Assembly (NCBI GenBank): GCA_964016885.1
Contig: OZ024741.1
Span: 394,072,001 to 394,136,000, forward strand
Direction: 5' to 3'
Length of the DNA stretch: 64,000 nucleotides
Source of the DNA: Eledone cirrhosa
Lineage: Eukaryota
Program-made: the position numbers and the translations under genes
Part shown: positions 59,714 to 64,000 of the stretch, piece after piece
Layout of the letters: every line of letters starts with the position of its first letter
How positions within the stretch are numbered: the first letter of the stretch is position 1
The notes under the pieces: generated by a model
Told to the model about the DNA's origin: nothing
Database searches by the model: none
Seen by the model: only the letters and a program-made list of their open reading frames with translations

Positions 59714-61701
59714 TTACCTTACTTCTCGTAGGGGAAGGACGGTTTTTCCATCCTTTTCACTGCTTGTGGCCTCCTCAGGAAGGATGTCCTTATAAATCCT
59801 CCTGGAGAGTGCTTGTCGGAAGTCTCCGATGTCTTTGGGGAATTTTTGTTTTAGTGTCATGTAAGTTTTCTGTGTGATGCGAGTGATTTGTATGTGTGGA
59901 GGTGGTGTGAATTTTGGGGTTGTTGTGTAGTCTTTTTCTGTGATGCTGGTGTTGTGTTGGATGTAGTGTAATAATTGCTTGTTGTTCAAATTTAATGCTG
60001 TGTAGTGTGTATCGTTTTGGTTGTTTTGTTTTGTTTGCGTTTGTTGTGGGTTTGTTTCTGTTTCGCATTTTGGTGACGTTTGTGGTGTAGGTGATGGTGG
60101 TGTTGGGGTTAATGATGGTGATGGTGTTGGTGTTTGGGTTGATGGGGTTGGTGATGCTGGTGTGGATGGTGGCATATCTGTCCTAACTTTTTTGTTTGTT
60201 AATTTATTTGTTTCCCTCTGTATTTTGTTTTTGGAGGGGGAAGGAAGAGAATTTTTTCTTATTTGGTTTCTTTTTTTTTCCCTGATACCGTTTCCCACTC
60301 CTCGTCGTCACAATCTGTCTCCAGTTGTGATAGGCCGGGGAGTGGAAAATCCTCCACAGGCGTTAGTTTTGGTTGTGGCGTGGTGGATGGTGTAGGCGCT
60401 GGTGCTAGTTCTGAAGCGTTGGGTGGTGGTGGTGTTGGTTTTGCTGGTGGTAGTGGTGTTGGTTTTGCTACTGTTGCTGGGGTTGTTGCTGTTATAGTTG
60501 CTTCTGTTGTTGCTGCTACAGTTGTTGCTGCCATCTCTGCTACTGGTGGTGTTGATGGTTGTGTCACTGGGGTGGGTAGGAGAGGTGGCCTCAACCTTTT
60601 AGCCTGAGGGCAGAAAGCCCTTAGGTGGGTTCCTTCACCACAAACGACACACCTAGGCCTTCTGCCCTCGACAATTACGGTGAGGTGGCTGCCGTCAGTG
60701 AGGTCTATTACCTCTGGGATCTCCTCAATGCTTTTTTGGTCCGCTTGGATCAGGAGCTCCATCCCAGATCCGGACCAGTTCTCCTGCTTTTCTTTTGCTA
60801 TTGCTATTATCTTTGTGTTGGCTTCGATGCCGGCGAGGACGGCCGCTATTAGCCAGGGAATTTCGATGGCCGGTGGAACGTGGGTCACCCTGATCTTTAC
60901 GAGTCTCTGGCCACAATAGCTTGGGACGAGTGTGAAGTCGTCACTTCTTAATGGGGCCATGGAGTGTTCTCTAGCCTCCTCTGGTGTTTCAAAGAACACG
61001 TCCACGGTTCCATACTTCTGCCCGCGTCTGATGTGGGTTTTTCTTGCCCACGCGTGTCCCAAAGCTTTTTGGATTTGGGACTCGGATGCCCGTTCCACTC
61101 GGCGCGATTTTACATTTATTGTTCGATACGACACGGTGCATAGGCGCCGATGCTCCATTTTATTAGGGGGGTGAGGCTGACCCTGTACCCATCTTTCTTT
61201 ACCATTTGTTTGGCATTTTCTAAATCCTCCTGAGTTACCGTAAATACTTCGAACTGTTTTGCTACTCTGGCAAAACTCAGGGTGGTTTTTTTAATGTCAT
61301 TGTTGTTGTTGTTGTTGCTATCGTTATTTTTGTTATTATTAATTTTAGTTTCAGTTGTGGTGGTGGTGACGTCAGTGAAAGTCGGTTTGGGAGAGTCCAT
61401 TTTGGTTGAAAATATTTCGACATCACGAGTTGATTTATTTTTTCCTTTTGTTTCTGTTGTCGCGGTGGTGGTGGGGGTGGTGGTTGTCGCGGTGGTGGTG
61501 GTGGTGGCGGCTTTAACACCTGCAGTCATTGGTAATGGCGTGAAATGAATGTCTGACTGAGACAAATTTAAAATATTGCTACTGCTTATATTTTTTTTTA
61601 GTGTTGGCAAACGTAGTAACATTTACAATGGTGGTGTCGGTGTGAGGTGTTAATTTGTGAGGAAGGCTTTCAGCTGCTTGGTGCAGAGGTGAATTAGCCA
61701 T
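59714..61701 (-). CDS. Tx1 ORF1 (~662 aa if three 1-bp homopolymer indels are corrected): nucleic-acid-binding protein with CCHC zinc knuckle and Thr/Pro-rich tracts
   Basis: AAAATGG start at 61,701 (MANSPLH...). Joins ORF pieces 61,116-61,622, 60,259-61,158 (CVVCGEGTHLRAFC) and 59,714-60,298 across A9, C6 and A9 runs. Confidence 0.7.
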
Positions 61702-61910
61702 TTTTTTTTGAAGAAATTTTTTGATAATCATAAAAGTTTAAATTTTGGGCACAAGGACCCAACCTTTTTGGGTGTCCTTTTCGGAAAACAATGTATGTGC
61801 GCTTGTATATAGTTAACAATAAAAATTTTCCATAAATGGCAATTTTTAACAAACGGAAATAACAAACCTTTGCGGAGCTCACGATGATACGATTTACTAC
61901 TTAGGTCGCC

Positions 61911-61929
61911 AATAATAATAATAATAATA
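61911..61929. repeat. (AAT)6 spacer between the Tx1 5' end and the Dong-like 5' end
   Basis: Direct reading. Confidence 0.95.
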
Positions 61930-63179
61930 GGAATTGATAAGAACTGAATACATTCGGAGAGTAAGGAGCGTTTTAAAGTCACATCTGAACAGTAGGAATG
62001 CCATAAGTGCAGTAAATTCCCGAGCTGTGTCTATTATTAGGTACAGTGCGGGAATTCTGAGATGGAATGTTGCTGAACAAAAAGAAATGGATAGGAAGAC
62101 TAGGAAGCTATTGACTATCTACAACATGTTCCACAAGAGGAGTGATGTCGATAGACTCTACTTAAGGAGATCTGAAGGTGGAAGAGGTCTTATCAGCATA
62201 GAGGACTGTGTTCAGATGGAGAAAAACAACCTACACAAATACGTGACTTATAGTAAGGAGCCAATGCTCAGAACTGTACTGAAGGAGGGGACAATAGGCC
62301 AGGGGATGTCCAAGGAGGAAATAACATCAAGGAGAAAGAGCAGCCTTCAGGAAAAATCCCTTCATAGTACCTTCTTTGAGAAAACTGAATTTAGAGAACC
62401 ACAGACATGGAACTGGTTGAAAAGAGGAGACCTTAAATAGGCTACAGAAGGAATGTTAATGACTGCGCAGGAGCAGGCCCTCAAAACGAAGTGGTTGAAA
62501 CACCATATTTACAAGGAGGAGACTAGCCCACTGTGCAGGATCTGTGGAGAGAGAGAGGAGACTGTGACTCACATTGTATCCGAGTGTAAACACCTAGCCC
62601 ATACTCACTTTAAGGGCTGGAGACATGATGTCATGGGCAGGGTGATCCACTGGCACCTATGCAAAGTAAACAATTTACCACATTCTGAGAAGTGGTATGA
62701 GCATATCCAGAGTCGGTGATAAAAAACGATCAGGTGAAGGTGCTGTGGGATTTTAGGATACAGGCGGACAAGAAACTGGAACACAATAGACCTGACCTGG
62801 TGGTTGTGGACAAAGGAAAAAGATCGTGCCTAATTGTGGATGTGGCCTGCCCATTCGACACGAGAGTGCAAGAGAAGGAGAGGGAGAAAATTAACCGATA
62901 CCAGGACTTAAAGTGGGAGGTAAAAAGGATTTGGAACTGCCATGAAGTCAAAGTGATCCCGTATGTCATAGGCGCACTAGGTACTATCTCAAAAAGTTTC
63001 CAGGGATGGTTAAAGAAAATTGGCCCCTACACGCTTTTGGAATGCTTCAAAAGGCATGCTTGCTGGGAACAGCAAGAACCCTCCGATACGTCCTGAATAT
63101 CTGAGGCTGCAGGTAGTGGCTTGATATTCATTTCAACAAACTTTCCAGTTAACTAACATCAATGGCTGAGACTCAAAGA

Positions 63180-63180
<1 letters not shown>
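61930..63180 (+). mobile_element. 5'-truncated R4-clade (Dong/Rex6-like) non-LTR retrotransposon with restriction-like endonuclease
   Basis: DRKTRK, RLYL.R..GGRGL, AQEQAL, CRIC...ETVTHIVSEC, RHD, LWD, RPDLVV...IVDV...EK..RY, IGALG and the terminal LQKACLLGTARTLRYVLNI* (stop 63,104). In-frame stop at 62,438 and frameshifts at ~62,710 and ~63,030. Ends in (TAA)n. Confidence 0.9.

Positions 63181-63211
<31 letters not shown>
63181..63211. repeat. (TAA)10 spacer shared by the Dong-like 3' end and the 3' end of Tx1 copy 2
   Basis: Direct reading. Confidence 0.96.
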
Positions 63212-63213
<2 letters not shown>

Positions 63214-64000
63214 TTTCTTTATTGGCCACAAGGGCTGACATCAAGAAAAACATCACAGACGGAACAGGACGGTACGATGTGGGTTTTGTGCGTGTAAATA
63301 TTTTTATTATTTATATAAGAAAAGAAAAAAGACATAAAACATATATATATAAACAATAAAAGGAAAATTGAAACAATGAAAAATTCCCCAATAGGGGGGA
63401 AGCCTCCGAGGGTTACTCGTGGCGAAAACCACACAAAAGACCACGGCCACCCTGACTACCAGGGCAAGCGCCCTCTCTCAATTTTTCCATCTCTCAAACT
63501 ACAGACGTATATTCAGAGTGGTCTCGTTCACTCGGACCATTCTCGGTACATTCACCCACCTTTCAACAAACTTGCTAGAAAGCAGCACTTGCCTCTCCAT
63601 CCTGATTTTCCTCTTCAAGTGAAACTTGAAAAAGTTAATCAGGGATTCGCCGAAGAGGAAAGTGTGTGTCTTTAATCCGTTTAACCTTGTCCACCACACA
63701 ATCTCTTTCGCCATGGCCACCAGGCAGATGAAAACCGCCTGCCCTTCCTCCTCAAAGGAAGACGGCGAGACCATCTGCACAATGGACTCAGTCGACAACC
63801 GGATCAGTCCCACACGTGACAGCAACTGTTCGACATAGCTCCACAAGTCAGCAATGCTCGGGCACTGAACAAGTGCGTGCACAACGGTTTCGTCGCTATG
63901 CGCGCATCTCGGACAGGCTCGGCTGACGGCACTTCCGTGCCTGTAGAGCTTATCTCGAACCGGCAGCGCTCCCCGGTAGCACCGCCAGGCCAGGGATTTT
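63212..64000 (-). mobile_element. Second, divergent Tx1 copy: ORF2 C-terminus and 3' UTR, truncated by the window
   Basis: ORF 63,499-63,882 aligns without gaps to the copy 1 C-terminus (~73% identity by manual count over 126 aa). CCHC is intact (ETVVHALVQC). Junction AATAAAGAAATC|ATTATT. Confidence 0.92.

Larger units (their letters stand above)
56224..61910 (-). mobile_element. Tx1-clade (L1 group) non-LTR retrotransposon, near full length (~5.7 kb), flanked by (ATT)n on both sides
   Basis: 5' UTR, ORF1 with a CCHC knuckle, ORF2 with APE-RT-zf-RVT, and a 3' UTR with AATAAA. Tx1-type motifs LSLKGR, FLWKG and GGLG. Junctions are ATTATT|GGCGACC (5') and AATAAAGAAAAC|ATTATT (3'). Confidence 0.92.

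Noticed and set aside
53072-63838. Numerous short ORFs antisense or out of frame to the retrotransposon ORFs
   Set aside because: They are shadow frames of the real TE coding strands and show no recognisable motifs.

Overview
Eukaryotic, repeat-dominated DNA with no confidently identifiable host gene. The SINE and microsatellite content suggests a mollusc or octopod genome (inference only). Positions 1-~45,561 are one satellite array of ~1,340 copies of a 34-bp monomer (AAACAATATTAA[C/A]ACATGTGAAGTATTATAT[TG/CA]T), with nested higher-order duplications of 43, 66, 69, 91 and 193 monomers and an abrupt right edge. The 45.6-52.4 kb interval holds (TA)n, (CA)n and (TTC)n microsatellites, three copies of a tRNA-like SINE, small inverted-repeat elements, a decayed minimal hammerhead motif and a CRE-like endonuclease relic. 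The 52.4-64 kb interval holds four non-LTR retrotransposons: a degenerate RTE (minus), a near full-length Tx1 element (minus, 56,224-61,910), a 5'-truncated R4/Dong-like element (plus) and the 3' end of a second, divergent Tx1 (minus). The most notable feature is that every visible end of the last three elements abuts (AAT)n. One (AAT)n microsatellite appears to have been split serially by an APE-type Tx1 family, inserting in phase at ATT|ATT with no poly(A), and by an RLE-type Dong-like element in the opposite orientation.
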